Shown: positions 17,923-27,795, counted from the first letter of the stretch. The stretch: DNA of 64,000 nucleotides from an uncultured Dehalococcoidia bacterium (GCA_964409595.1 CAYPDR010000018.1:123384-187383); one strand, 5' to 3'. Numbers and translations are program-made. The notes: a model not told the origin generated them from the sequence alone.

Positions 17923-18819
17923 ATGGCAAGAGGTGATATTGGATTCGTGGGATTGGGTATTATGGGCAAACCCATGGTTCGCAACTTAATAAAGGCAGAT
18001 TACACCGTTACGGTATATGACGTCGTAGCCGAAGCCGTTGAAGAGATGGCGACAGAAGGAGCAACTCCTGCGTCATCTGCAGCGGAGGTTGCGTCAAAAG
18101 TCCCCATAGTTATAACTATGGTGCCTGACTCTCCACAATCAGAGGCGGCAATAATGGGACCTGGAGGTGTTCTAGAGGGAGCGGCTGGAGGTGATACTGT
18201 GATAGATATGAGCTCTATAGCGCCAGCATCGTCACAGAAGATAGCCTCAGCTTGCGAATCATCAGGAGTAAAATTTCTGGACGCGCCAGTAAGCGGTGGG
18301 GAGACGGGTGCCATCGAAGGGACCCTTGCCGTTATGGTAGGTGGGAAAAAAGAAGTTTTTGACGCTAACTTCGACATGATTTCAACAATGGCTGGCAGTA
18401 TCGTTCTCTGTGGCGGATACGGAGCGGGGAACACCACCAAGCTAGCCAACCAAATAATAGTTGCGGGTAACATAGCCGCCCTCGGGGAAGCGATGGTACT
18501 CGCAAAAAAGTCAGGAATCGACCCACAAGTTGTGTTTGATGCAATAAAGGGGGGACTAGCAGGAAGTACCGTAATGAACACTAAAGGCCCCATGATGATA
18601 GAAGGCAATTTCGACCCTGGATTCAGGATCGTTTTGCATCAAAAAGACTTACACAACGCAATTTTGACTGGGAAAGAAGTAGGTGTGCCTCTTGTCGTGA
18701 CAAGTCTAGTACAACAGATGCTTGGCTCTTTGATAAATGACGGCAAAGGAAACGCCGATCATTCAGCAATCGCAAATTTTATGGAAGACATGGCAGGAGT
18801 CACAATCTCAGGAAAATAA
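17923..18819 (+). CDS. 2-hydroxy-3-oxopropionate (tartronate semialdehyde) reductase / 3-hydroxyisobutyrate dehydrogenase family
   Basis: IGFVGLGIMGKPM NAD motif, DAPVSGG, and KLANQ with the catalytic Lys. AAGGAGG RBS. Confidence 0.8.
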   Translation: MARGDIGFVGLGIMGKPMVRNLIKADYTVTVYDVVAEAVEEMATEGATPASSAAEVASKVPIVITMVPDSPQSEAAIMGPGGVLEGAAGGDTVIDMSSIAPASSQKIASACESSGVKFLDAPVSGGETGAIEGTLAVMVGGKKEVFDANFDMISTMAGSIVLCGGYGAGNTTKLANQIIVAGNIAALGEAMVLAKKSGIDPQVVFDAIKGGLAGSTVMNTKGPMMIEGNFDPGFRIVLHQKDLHNAILTGKEVGVPLVVTSLVQQMLGSLINDGKGNADHSAIANFMEDMAGVTISGK

Positions 18820-18900
18820 TGCGCTACGATCCGATTGAGATTATCGTTTAATCCCAGCACTTTTTTATAGATCCAGCATGATTTCTAGAGGTTCAACAGC

Positions 18901-19815
18901 ATGCCCAATAGAGAAGTACCTAGCAAAAATGAAATTGACTCCTACTTAAGGGATACTAATTGGGGACGATGGGGGGAAAGAGGAGGAGCAGGTGCTATGA
19001 ACCTTATCACCCCTGAAAAACGACTGGATGCAGTAAATTTGGTTACGAAGGGCAGGTCTGTTTCTCTCAGCAGACCACTTCCGGTGACTCCCGCCGGTGA
19101 CAATCCTAGACCAGCTCAGCATTACATGCACAGAGAATCGAGACCATTTGAAGGCGGGGCTGCGATGGATTATTACGGAGTCTTTTATCATGGCACGGCA
19201 ACAACGCACATAGACGCACTTTGCCATGTCTGGAACAAAGACGGCATGTGGGACGGCAAAAATCCGGACAGAGTCATCAAATTCGGTGGCGCATCCTACG
19301 GATCTGTCGATGAATGGAAAGAAGGAATACTAACAAGGGGAGTCCTTTTAGACGTTCCCCATTATCGGGGAGAACCGTACGTGACTATGGATAACCCCGT
19401 CCATGGTTGGGAACTAGAGAGCATCGCCAAGGCCCAAGGAGTCGTCATAAAGCCCGGTGACGCTGTTTTTGTCTACAGTGGAAGGGAGAAGTATGCCACC
19501 GACCATGGTGGTAGATGGGGAACCGCCGAGGGACGACCAGGCTTGCACGCTTCCTGCCTCCCTTTTGTAAAAAACAGCGACATATCTATCCTAGGTTGGG
19601 ATATGATGGACGCCGCACCGAATGAATACGACATACCATGGACCGTACATGGTGTTATTTTCGCCTACGGGGTAGCCTTGGTAGATAACGCACTTCTTGA
19701 ACCCCTGTCTAATGTCTGTGCAGAAGAGAAAAAATACGAGTTCATGCTTACTATTAATCCGCTATTTGTAGAAGGTGGAACGGGATCTCCGACAAATCCT
19801 ATCGCAGTTTTCTGA
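18901..19815 (+). CDS. cyclase family protein (kynurenine formamidase-like metal hydrolase fold)
   Basis: YHGTATTHIDALCH matches the HxGTHxDxxxH metal-binding motif of the putative cyclase family. Confidence 0.7.
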   Translation: MPNREVPSKNEIDSYLRDTNWGRWGERGGAGAMNLITPEKRLDAVNLVTKGRSVSLSRPLPVTPAGDNPRPAQHYMHRESRPFEGGAAMDYYGVFYHGTATTHIDALCHVWNKDGMWDGKNPDRVIKFGGASYGSVDEWKEGILTRGVLLDVPHYRGEPYVTMDNPVHGWELESIAKAQGVVIKPGDAVFVYSGREKYATDHGGRWGTAEGRPGLHASCLPFVKNSDISILGWDMMDAAPNEYDIPWTVHGVIFAYGVALVDNALLEPLSNVCAEEKKYEFMLTINPLFVEGGTGSPTNPIAVF

Positions 19816-19823
19816 CATAAAAC

Positions 19824-20756
19824 ATGACAAAAACAACCCATGTCTTTCGGCCAGTTGAGTCATACAACCTGCATAAGACATGCGATTTCGGATCTTTTTC
19901 CAGAGCCAAATATTCCACGGATATATATTGCGGAGGTGCGTATAAACGTGTTTTACAATGTAAGCCCGAATCAAAATTAGTATCGGTCAGCCAGCCCCAA
20001 CCTACTCACCTCAATCATATCGAAATTACGATAGAGGGTGAGAAGTCAACCGAGTCTTCAATAAAGCACTGCATCACTCAGATATCTCGAATGATTGGCG
20101 CTGACCAAGATCCTTCGGGTTTTTATTTAATGGCTGAATCAGATAGTTTTCTCAACCCTCTCGTCGATAAATTCTACGGGCTTCATATACCGCAGACCGC
20201 CTCCGTTTTCGAAGGGCTCGTCTTAGCGATATTAGGCCAGCAAATAAGCACACACGTCGCTGGTATTTTGCGGTCTCTCATTGTCGAAAGGTACGGATCC
20301 ATTCTATCAGTAGGGGACGAAACCTATCACTCTTTCCCATCACCACAATCACTTGAACTCGCGGGAGTAAAAGAATTACACGCTAACAAGTTCAGCAGAA
20401 GAAAAGCGGAATACCTATGTGAAATTTCGGCGTTAGAATCAAAAGGTACTATACATTTGGAAAACCTTAGGAACCTAGCCATAGAAGATGCTGTCAACAT
20501 GCTCACATCGCTCCGAGGCGTTGGCCAGTGGACCGCGCAATGGCTGCTAATCCGATCACTTGGCTATGAGGATGGATTTCCTTCCGGAGATCTGGCCCTC
20601 CAGAAAATTTTGGGGGATTATTTTAATGGTGGAGAAATAATGTCTGAGAGGGAAATCATGGAATTTTCTGCAAGGTGGCGCCCCTACAGAAGCTGGGTTA
20701 CAACGTATATTTTTGCGGGTTTGAGATGTGGGGTTTTTAGCGTCGCCTCCAAATGA
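19824..20756 (+). CDS. alkA: DNA-3-methyladenine glycosylase II (AlkA-type HhH-GPD)
   Basis: The helix-hairpin-helix LTSLRGVGQWTAQWLLIR is followed by a catalytic Asp in FPSGDLALQK. Confidence 0.75.
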   Translation: MTKTTHVFRPVESYNLHKTCDFGSFSRAKYSTDIYCGGAYKRVLQCKPESKLVSVSQPQPTHLNHIEITIEGEKSTESSIKHCITQISRMIGADQDPSGFYLMAESDSFLNPLVDKFYGLHIPQTASVFEGLVLAILGQQISTHVAGILRSLIVERYGSILSVGDETYHSFPSPQSLELAGVKELHANKFSRRKAEYLCEISALESKGTIHLENLRNLAIEDAVNMLTSLRGVGQWTAQWLLIRSLGYEDGFPSGDLALQKILGDYFNGGEIMSEREIMEFSARWRPYRSWVTTYIFAGLRCGVFSVASK

Positions 20757-20761
20757 GACGG

Positions 20762-20801
20762 TACAAGAATGGCTCCTTTAACAGAGCCACCCTTGTATTT
20801 T
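20762..20801 (+). terminator. candidate intrinsic terminator after alkA
   Basis: Bipartite hairpin. TACAAG (20762-67) pairs with CTTGTA (20792-97) and TGGCTC (20770-75) pairs with GAGCCA (20784-89), with a 2x2 internal loop and an 8-nt apical loop. It is followed by TTTT (20798-20801). Confidence 0.4.
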
Positions 20802-20855
20802 GCCCTGCCCACGTAATCTGACAAGACGCTGCCCACTAATTACCGCATCTTTCTC

Positions 20856-23387
20856 CTATTTCTTCCGTCCTCGCTTCTTACCCTTTTTATTAGAATTTTT
20901 TACCGCCTCACCAAGCTGAGCTTTTTCATCTTCCAAGTCAAGTTCACTCACGCACGCAATGGAAGAAACCATATCTCCAGGGCTAGGTTTAAAAATCATT
21001 ACGCCTTGGGTGATCCGTCCCCTCAATGTTCTAATTTCGCTTAAATTAGTCCTCATTATTTGAGCCTTTTTAGAGACTACATAAACTTCCATAGATTCAG
21101 CCACTATTTGAGCATCCGCGATGAGCCCTGTGTTTTTTGTTATTTTAAAGGCTCTCAGCCCGAGTCCTCCTCTACCCTGCCTCCTGTATTCAGAAAGAGG
21201 GTTTACTTTTCCTCTACCTAATTTACTAATTGTCATCAGCAAGCTGTCGTCATTGCCGACATCCATAGCTACCACACTGTCGCCAGTCCGCAGCGACATA
21301 CCTTTTACACCTCCAGCAGTCCTCCGTCGCACAGGTAAGTCATTAACAGAAAACCTGATGCCCATACCCTGTTCTGAAACAAAAATAATGTCGTCATCAT
21401 CTTTAGCAAGTTTTACAGAGACGACCTCATCATCATCCTTCAAATTCATTATTATCAGGCCTGAGGGACGAATCCTCTCCACATCTTCAAGTTTGATTCG
21501 CTTGACTCGACCTCTCCGAGTGCCTAAAACCAGATACTGATATTCCTCATATTGCTTCTTCCCAACACCTATAAGCGCGCTGATATTTTCTGTGTCCCAA
21601 ACATTTACGATATTGGGAGTTGGAACTCCTCTTGTATTTCTACTAAGGTCAGCTCGCAGCTCGTATGCGACCTTCGAAAGAACTCTCCCTTTGTTTGTAA
21701 AAAACATCAAACTATCATGGCTATCAACAACCAACAAATCTTTTATAGGATCTCCATCCTTCATATTCATTCCTGACACACCTTTACCACCCCTATGTTG
21801 TCTACGGAATGTATCAGCGGGAATTCGCTTTACGTAACCACCTTGACTGTAGGTCACAACTATTTGCTCATGAGCCTCAAGTTCCTCTCGGCTCAGATCC
21901 CACGCATCATGACTAATGTCCGTTCGTCTTTTGTCACCAAGTTTTTTCTTAAGCTCATCGGTTTCCTCTTTTACAACAGAGAGGATTTTTCCTTCATCAG
22001 CCAACAAGCCTTCTAGACCAAGTATCGTGTCTTGCAATTGAGTGTATTCTTGTTCTAATTTTTCACGCTCAAGTGCGGCAAGCCTCCTTAATTGCATGTC
22101 CAAAATGGCTTGTGCTTGCGGCTGGTCGAGATTAAATCTATTCATTAGACCATTCCGGGCACTTTCAACGTCATCAGAATTTCTTATTAACTGTATAACC
22201 TCGTCTAGATTACTAATAGCTACCCTAAGACCAGCTAAAATATGGGCCCTCTCTTGCGCTTTCCTCAGTTCGTATTCAGCCCTACGACGTACCACCTCCT
22301 GTCGGAACTTTACGTATTGCTGTATGGCCGTTTTCAACGTTATTACCCTGGGGGTGCCATCAATAAGGGCTAGCATATTCGCTGAAAAAGATGACTGCAG
22401 GCTAGTTTGTTTATAGAGGTTGTTCAACACAACTTGAGGCTGAACTCCTCCCCTGAGTTCGTAGACGATTCTCATACCATCTCTGTCTGATTCATCCCGA
22501 ATTTCAGAAATCCCTTCGATTCTTCTAGACTTCACCAGTGCAGCGGTTTTTTCTACAAGAGTCGCTTTGTTAACCTGGTATGGGAGTTCAGTCACCACTA
22601 TCTGGAAACGTCGTCCGGATCGCCCCATCTCCTCTATCTCTGCAACGGCCCTTACAATAATTTGACCTTTACCCGTGGTGTAGGCGTCCCGAACTCCTTG
22701 AGTACCCATGATAGTTCCGCCTGTCGGAAAGTCTGGAGCTCGGACACATTTCATTAAATCTTCCGACGTTGCGTCGGGATCGTCGATAAGCATGTTTACA
22801 GCGTTACAAACTTCTCTCAAATTATGGGGGGGAATGTTAGTCGCCATTCCCACTGCTATACCCGATGCTCCATTTACAAGGAGGTTAGGCAACCTTGCGG
22901 GTAATACTATTGGCTCCCTCAGCGTATCGTCGAAGTTGAGGGTCCAATCAACGGTCTCTTGGTCAAGGTTAGTGAGCATTTCTTCGGCTACCCGACTAAG
23001 CTTTGCTTCAGTGTATCGCATAGCCGCAGCTGGATCGGCGTCGATGCTTCCAAAATTCCCTTGTCCATCGACAAGTGGCATACGCACCGTAAAATCTTGC
23101 GCCAATCTCACCATAGCTTCATATACAGCAAGTTCCCCATGAGGATGCCATTTGCCTAGGACCTCACCTACCAGTCTCGCACTTTTTTTATACGACGAAT
23201 TAGGCCTCATACCGAGATCATGCATCGCAAACAAAATCCGCCTTTGTACGGGCTTTAATCCGTCTCTTGCGTCTGGGAGCGCCCTTGAAACGATCACACT
23301 CATTGCGTAGTCCAGATAAGATGAACGCATCTCTTCTACGATCTGAGTAGGTTTTATAAAACCAAAGTCGGATTTGCTTGTTGTCAT
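20856..23387 (-). CDS. gyrA: DNA gyrase subunit A
   Basis: [22 protein letters not shown], the active-site region AAMRYTE, the QRDR-like HPHGE, and C-terminal beta-pinwheel repeats including a GyrA-box-like QGRGG. Confidence 0.97.
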   Translation of the reverse strand: MTTSKSDFGFIKPTQIVEEMRSSYLDYAMSVIVSRALPDARDGLKPVQRRILFAMHDLGMRPNSSYKKSARLVGEVLGKWHPHGELAVYEAMVRLAQDFTVRMPLVDGQGNFGSIDADPAAAMRYTEAKLSRVAEEMLTNLDQETVDWTLNFDDTLREPIVLPARLPNLLVNGASGIAVGMATNIPPHNLREVCNAVNMLIDDPDATSEDLMKCVRAPDFPTGGTIMGTQGVRDAYTTGKGQIIVRAVAEIEEMGRSGRRFQIVVTELPYQVNKATLVEKTAALVKSRRIEGISEIRDESDRDGMRIVYELRGGVQPQVVLNNLYKQTSLQSSFSANMLALIDGTPRVITLKTAIQQYVKFRQEVVRRRAEYELRKAQERAHILAGLRVAISNLDEVIQLIRNSDDVESARNGLMNRFNLDQPQAQAILDMQLRRLAALEREKLEQEYTQLQDTILGLEGLLADEGKILSVVKEETDELKKKLGDKRRTDISHDAWDLSREELEAHEQIVVTYSQGGYVKRIPADTFRRQHRGGKGVSGMNMKDGDPIKDLLVVDSHDSLMFFTNKGRVLSKVAYELRADLSRNTRGVPTPNIVNVWDTENISALIGVGKKQYEEYQYLVLGTRRGRVKRIKLEDVERIRPSGLIIMNLKDDDEVVSVKLAKDDDDIIFVSEQGMGIRFSVNDLPVRRRTAGGVKGMSLRTGDSVVAMDVGNDDSLLMTISKLGRGKVNPLSEYRRQGRGGLGLRAFKITKNTGLIADAQIVAESMEVYVVSKKAQIMRTNLSEIRTLRGRITQGVMIFKPSPGDMVSSIACVSELDLEDEKAQLGEAVKNSNKKGKKRGRKK

Positions 23388-23554
23388 TAACTACTCCTCT
23401 TTACCGGCCAAACAACCTAATTGGATATCGGACGTGGCCTCAATAAGACAACCCTGTCAAAAACGGTCTATCTATGAATGGTGCTCTATGTCGCAAAGCC
23501 CATCGAAAAATCATATCTAAAGACCGGGCTTTTGCGGGGTAAAATCATAGCTAA

Positions 23555-23563
23555 ATTATAGCA
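23555..23563 (-). promoter_or_regulatory. extended -10 element TGCTATAAT upstream of gyrA
   Basis: Minus strand reads TGCTATAAT, about 170 nt upstream of the gyrA ATG at 23387. Confidence 0.35.
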
Positions 23564-23597
23564 CAAAGGACGGTGTTTCTAGCTGAAAAAAAGTCCT

Positions 23598-24326
23598 CTA
23601 TATTGTGTGTTTGGCTTTCTCTACCAATGCCTGAAAAAGTTTGTCAAAATGCGGAGGCAACTCACCTCTTCTCTCTGGATGAAATTGAACGCCTAATACC
23701 CAATCATGACTCGGACTTTCTAAAGCTTCTATGAGTCCATCTTCCAAAGACCATGCAGAGGACATAAGAGTATCTGACTTTCCAGATTCTTTGACGCCCT
23801 GATGATGCCTGCTATTTACGCGCACAAAGCCCCCAGATCCCACAACGGATGCTAACCGGCATCCCGGAGATATAAATATTCTGTGATAGCTGGACTCAGT
23901 CTCCCGGTCACCCACTGACCGAATCGTGGAGTGCTTTTCAGTGGATTGCTCTAATTTTCCTCCCGACGCCACATTTAGAATCTGCATACCTCGACAAATC
24001 CCCAAGACAGGCATATTGGAAATTATTGCAAATTTGACAATATTTATTTCGAGTTGATCGAGATCATCATTGTATTTGCGGCCCACTTTATCAATCGGAT
24101 TTTCCCCATAACGCTTGGGATTCACGTCGGGTCCGCCGGCCATCAGCAGTCCACTTATTTTTGTCACGATATCAGCTACATTCTCTTTATCCGAAGGATT
24201 AATGAATCGGACCTCCCCGCCATGGGCCCTTATCATTGCGGCATAAGGCTCTCCCAAAGTCCTATCGGAGCAAGTGATCCCAATTGTAGGAACACTTCGG
24301 CTGACCACTTGTTTATCTTCAATCAT
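23598..24326 (-). CDS. class I glutamine amidotransferase-like hydrolase (peptidase C26, gamma-glutamyl-GABA hydrolase family)
   Basis: GICRGMQILN nucleophile elbow and the LGVQFHPE His/Glu motif. ATGA overlap with the upstream crotonase gene. Confidence 0.8.
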   Translation of the reverse strand: MIEDKQVVSRSVPTIGITCSDRTLGEPYAAMIRAHGGEVRFINPSDKENVADIVTKISGLLMAGGPDVNPKRYGENPIDKVGRKYNDDLDQLEINIVKFAIISNMPVLGICRGMQILNVASGGKLEQSTEKHSTIRSVGDRETESSYHRIFISPGCRLASVVGSGGFVRVNSRHHQGVKESGKSDTLMSSAWSLEDGLIEALESPSHDWVLGVQFHPERRGELPPHFDKLFQALVEKAKHTI

Positions 24327-25141
24327 AAATTTGTTGATGACGACATCTGGTGGTAATTGGGTTGCCTCTTCTCTCTGAAAGATACGAGAAATTCCTTATG
24401 CGCATCCGTACGCTGAGACTGTGAAAATATATCGCTTTCGATCTCCATCACCCTTGCAGGGTCATCCATAAACTGGTGATCTCTTATCATGCGCTTAATT
24501 TCCCCTAGTTGCCACGCCGGATTAAAAGCTATTAGATCAGCCAAATCCATGGTTTTATCCATCAATTGGTCGTCAGGATAGACATGGTTGACAAGCCCTG
24601 TCTTAAGAGCCTCCTTAGATCCTATAAACCTGCCAGTAAGCATAAACTCCATAGCCTTTCCTATACCTACCGCTTGAACCAGTAGGTGCGTGCTAGCATA
24701 TTCTGGCGTCAAACCTATATATGCAAATCTAAACGATATTTTAGCGCTCTCCGACATTACCCTGATATCACACCCTAAGGGCATCGTAATTCCAAGACCT
24801 ATAGCGTACCCATTTAATGCGCAAATTATCGGTTTTGAATGTTTTATAAATAAGGGCCATTTTGAAAAACGTTCAATCCGTTCATCTATTCCACATGGCT
24901 CTCCCCGCACGTTTGCCTCAAATCCACTTACATCGGCCCCAGAACAAAATGCCCTACCGGAGCCAGTCAAAATGATTGCTCCGATGTTTTTGTCTTTGTT
25001 AAAAATATCGATCTGCTCACGAATTTCTCTCGCCATAATTGAATCGATTGCATTTAAATAATCTGGACGGTGAAGCGCGATGATCCCCACTCTTCTCCTT
25101 TTTTTAACAAGGATCGATTCTCTTTTTATGTCACTCGTCAT
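24323..25141 (-). CDS. enoyl-CoA hydratase/isomerase (crotonase) family protein
   Basis: LHRPDYLNA...ILTGSGRAFCSGADV...ALNGYAIGLG are the crotonase oxyanion-hole motifs. Confidence 0.85.
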   Translation of the reverse strand: MTSDIKRESILVKKRRRVGIIALHRPDYLNAIDSIMAREIREQIDIFNKDKNIGAIILTGSGRAFCSGADVSGFEANVRGEPCGIDERIERFSKWPLFIKHSKPIICALNGYAIGLGITMPLGCDIRVMSESAKISFRFAYIGLTPEYASTHLLVQAVGIGKAMEFMLTGRFIGSKEALKTGLVNHVYPDDQLMDKTMDLADLIAFNPAWQLGEIKRMIRDHQFMDDPARVMEIESDIFSQSQRTDAHKEFLVSFREKRQPNYHQMSSSTNL

Positions 25142-25233
25142 TTTTATTACCCTCCATACAAATTATTTCCCGCTCAGAACGGGCTAAAGTTGTTAACCGT
25201 AGAAATCTCCCGGTAATCACCGACGCTTCAATA

Positions 25234-25269
25234 GGTTGTCAATTTATTGTCGACAATTAATCGACAACC
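25234..25269. promoter_or_regulatory. 36-bp near-perfect palindrome (candidate operator) in the divergent crotonase/enolase intergenic region
   Basis: GGTTGTCAATTTATTGTCGACAATTAATCGACAACC. 16 of 18 mirrored positions pair, and the core ATTGTCGACAAT is a perfect palindrome. Confidence 0.45.
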
Positions 25270-25333
25270 GTATGATGTATTAACTAGAAGCACAAAGTCC
25301 ACATTTCAAAATATAAACCGAAAGAGGAATGAA

Positions 25334-26383
25334 TTGAAAATCACATCATTGCAAGCCTTCTATCCTAAATACCAACACGTTGTCCCATCATGGAGAACAC
25401 ACTTCTGGCAAATTGTCGTCAGAGTAGATACCGATTCTGGGATATCAGGATATGGTCTGGGGGGCGGTGGAGTTGCCGCCCTAGAGGTGGTCAATCGAGA
25501 TTTTTCAGAGCTTCTGGTGGATAGAGAGGTTGAGAGTATTGAAGATATCTCCGAGATATGGGACGACTTGTATTTTCACTCCATACCCTATGGAAGAAAA
25601 GGATTAGCCATAATGGCGATAAGTGGAGTCGACCTGGCTCTCTGGGACCTTGTAGGTAAAGCAGAGAATGTACCTGTCCATAGCCTTATCGGTAGCCGGA
25701 AAAAGAGTGACGTCCGTGCCTACGCAACAGGAATCGACTCTGAATGGTATTCTGAGTCCGGATATACCGCCCACAAATTTCCCCATAGATGGGAATCTGA
25801 AAGTGACTACGATAGTGCCGTGGCGCGAGCCGAAACGGCAAGAAAGGCAATGGGTCCCAACTCTCTTCTTATGATTGACACCTACATGACTTGGAATAGT
25901 GATGTAACAAAAAACATGAGTTGTAATCTCGAAGAGTACGGAATTTATTGGTTTGAAGACGTATTAACTCCAGATGATTTAGAGGGCCAATCCAAGCTCA
26001 GGGAAATTGTCAAACCAATACTGATCTCAGGTGGTGAACACGAATTTACACACTACGGCTTTCGGGAGATAGCCCGTTCAGAAGCGCTAGATCTATGGCA
26101 ACCAGATATCACATGGTGTGGAGGGATAACCGCGGGGCTCAAAATAATAGACCTTGCTGAAAGAGAAGGTATACCAGTTGTTCCCCATAGAGGCGGCGAA
26201 GTTTGGGGACTACATTTAATTGTTTCTTCCAGTTGTGAGAATTTGGCAGAAATACTTCCCGGTACAAAGGAATCTATCCAGGACGATTTATGGTTTGGAG
26301 AGCCTCAAGCGAAAGAGGGTCTAATTTCCCCTACTGATGAACCAGGGTTCGGTGTAACGATAAATGAGCGACTAATGCCTTAG
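25334..26383 (+). CDS. enolase-superfamily enzyme (mandelate racemase/muconate lactonizing family, acid-sugar dehydratase-like)
   Basis: ISGVDLALWDL, MIDTYMTW, WFED, GGEHE and QPDITWCGG are metal-ligand and barrel motifs resembling the rhamnonate-dehydratase branch. Start moved from ORF-track 25247 (inside the palindrome) to TTG 25334, behind AAGAGG at 6-nt spacing. Confidence 0.75.
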   Translation: MKITSLQAFYPKYQHVVPSWRTHFWQIVVRVDTDSGISGYGLGGGGVAALEVVNRDFSELLVDREVESIEDISEIWDDLYFHSIPYGRKGLAIMAISGVDLALWDLVGKAENVPVHSLIGSRKKSDVRAYATGIDSEWYSESGYTAHKFPHRWESESDYDSAVARAETARKAMGPNSLLMIDTYMTWNSDVTKNMSCNLEEYGIYWFEDVLTPDDLEGQSKLREIVKPILISGGEHEFTHYGFREIARSEALDLWQPDITWCGGITAGLKIIDLAEREGIPVVPHRGGEVWGLHLIVSSSCENLAEILPGTKESIQDDLWFGEPQAKEGLISPTDEPGFGVTINERLMP

Positions 26384-26556
26384 AAAAATCCAAGTCATCT
26401 TTATTGACAACAGTTCGGCACAAAAGTTTGCCGTACCCGCCCCTGAATATCCCCAAACATGGTTGGGCCCAAGTTGACAAACTGTGTTGCGATCGTCGCC
26501 ATTTCGCCCTCTGAACAGGGTTCCTACGGACATCTTTGCGCTCTAATCATCCCAGC

Positions 26557-27687
26557 CTACACTAACGTATCCACTCGATGAGCTTTTACATAATCCCAGT
26601 CTATTTCGTAGCCCAACCCGGGCTTTGATGGCGCTTCTATCATGCCTTGTTTATTGCGGGTTACATCATGAACAAGACCGAAGCGATGGGCCTCTGTTGG
26701 CTGCCACCATTCAAAGTAATCACAGTTCGTTACCGAATAAATAACGTGTAAGTTAGCCACGTTAAGCATTGAATTAGCGGCCGTACCGATTTCACAGTTA
26801 ATGCCGAATCCTTCAGACAGGGAGCAGAGCTTTTTTAGTCCAGTTATACCGAGCTTGGCGGCTGTCCCACGGAGGAGCCTATTTGACTGAGTCCTAATCA
26901 TAAGAGCGCCTTGGAAAAACTGATTCTCCGGCTGGTCACTCATGCACAAAGGAACTTCTAACTTTTGGCTTAGTATAGAAATCGAATCCAAATCATGGTA
27001 CGGAACCGGGTCTTCATACCAATAAAACCCACTTTCATCCAAAGCTCTTCCTACTTCGTGAGCTTTGCGAAAATCGTAGCCACAATTAGGATCTAACATA
27101 AGATTCACTCCACCCCCAACAGCGTCTCTCACCTTATGAATAGTATTTATAGTCTCGCGAGTGCTCATAACGCCTGGATGAATTTTGTAGGCTTTAAACC
27201 CATCTGAAACTATTTGTTTAGCTTCTTCAACGTAGCCTTCGCTAGAAGTATGACGGGGTGGGTATGTCGCGTAAGGCTCTATCTCGTATCTTTGTGCTCC
27301 AAGCAATTTAAATATTGGCATTCCAGCTGCCTTGCCAGCAATGTCCCAAAGAGCTACGTCAACAGGGGCCCACGCAGCCATCTTCAGGTTCCGCCTACTG
27401 GACAGTACTCTCAGTCTACTCCAGAGCAGCTCTCTATCGGCCGGATCTGAACCGATAATTTCCTGCTTAAGAACTCTGAGAATTGGTCCATATAAGGATC
27501 CTCCTCCATTACGGAAATCCCCCACAAAACAGTTGCCCTCAATCCCTTCATCTGTTTCTATTCGTAGAATACCTTGCTCAGTTTCACCGAAAAATCTGCC
27601 CATATCTGAATTTAATCCTGTATCGGGCAACTCACGGCTAATGACCTCTATACATATATTAGTTATCTTCACTAAAACTATCTCCAT
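26557..27687 (-). CDS. enolase-superfamily enzyme (mandelate racemase/muconate lactonizing family)
   Basis: APVDVALWDIAGK, AYKIHP, MLDPNCGY, WYEDP and MSDQ form the MR/MLE pattern. It is a paralogue of the neighbouring convergent gene. Confidence 0.8.
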   Translation of the reverse strand: MEIVLVKITNICIEVISRELPDTGLNSDMGRFFGETEQGILRIETDEGIEGNCFVGDFRNGGGSLYGPILRVLKQEIIGSDPADRELLWSRLRVLSSRRNLKMAAWAPVDVALWDIAGKAAGMPIFKLLGAQRYEIEPYATYPPRHTSSEGYVEEAKQIVSDGFKAYKIHPGVMSTRETINTIHKVRDAVGGGVNLMLDPNCGYDFRKAHEVGRALDESGFYWYEDPVPYHDLDSISILSQKLEVPLCMSDQPENQFFQGALMIRTQSNRLLRGTAAKLGITGLKKLCSLSEGFGINCEIGTAANSMLNVANLHVIYSVTNCDYFEWWQPTEAHRFGLVHDVTRNKQGMIEAPSKPGLGYEIDWDYVKAHRVDTLV

Positions 27688-27795
27688 TTGCGGGATTATC
27701 CCGCCTTTGTTTTACCAGCAAATTTCTCCCACGTTTCCGACAAATTATATGTGAGGTCTTTTTATTACAGAATCGTTTTTTGTCAATTTACCAAA

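Noticed and set aside
18000-18608. Long antisense ORFs inside well-supported genes. Examples are 18000-18608(-) 202 aa in the garR-like gene, 3713-4180(-) in the DmpA gene, 36114-36587(-) in the AIR-synthase-like gene, 8062-8550(-), 52548-52931(-) opposite mogA, 53809-54246(-) over the argF start, and 22708-23142(+) and 21121-21540(+) in gyrA.
   Set aside because: Each lies opposite a gene with clear family motifs. Their translations are low-complexity (Pro/Ser/Ala/Thr-rich) with no recognisable domain and no RBS. This is the typical mirror-frame artefact of codon-biased genes.
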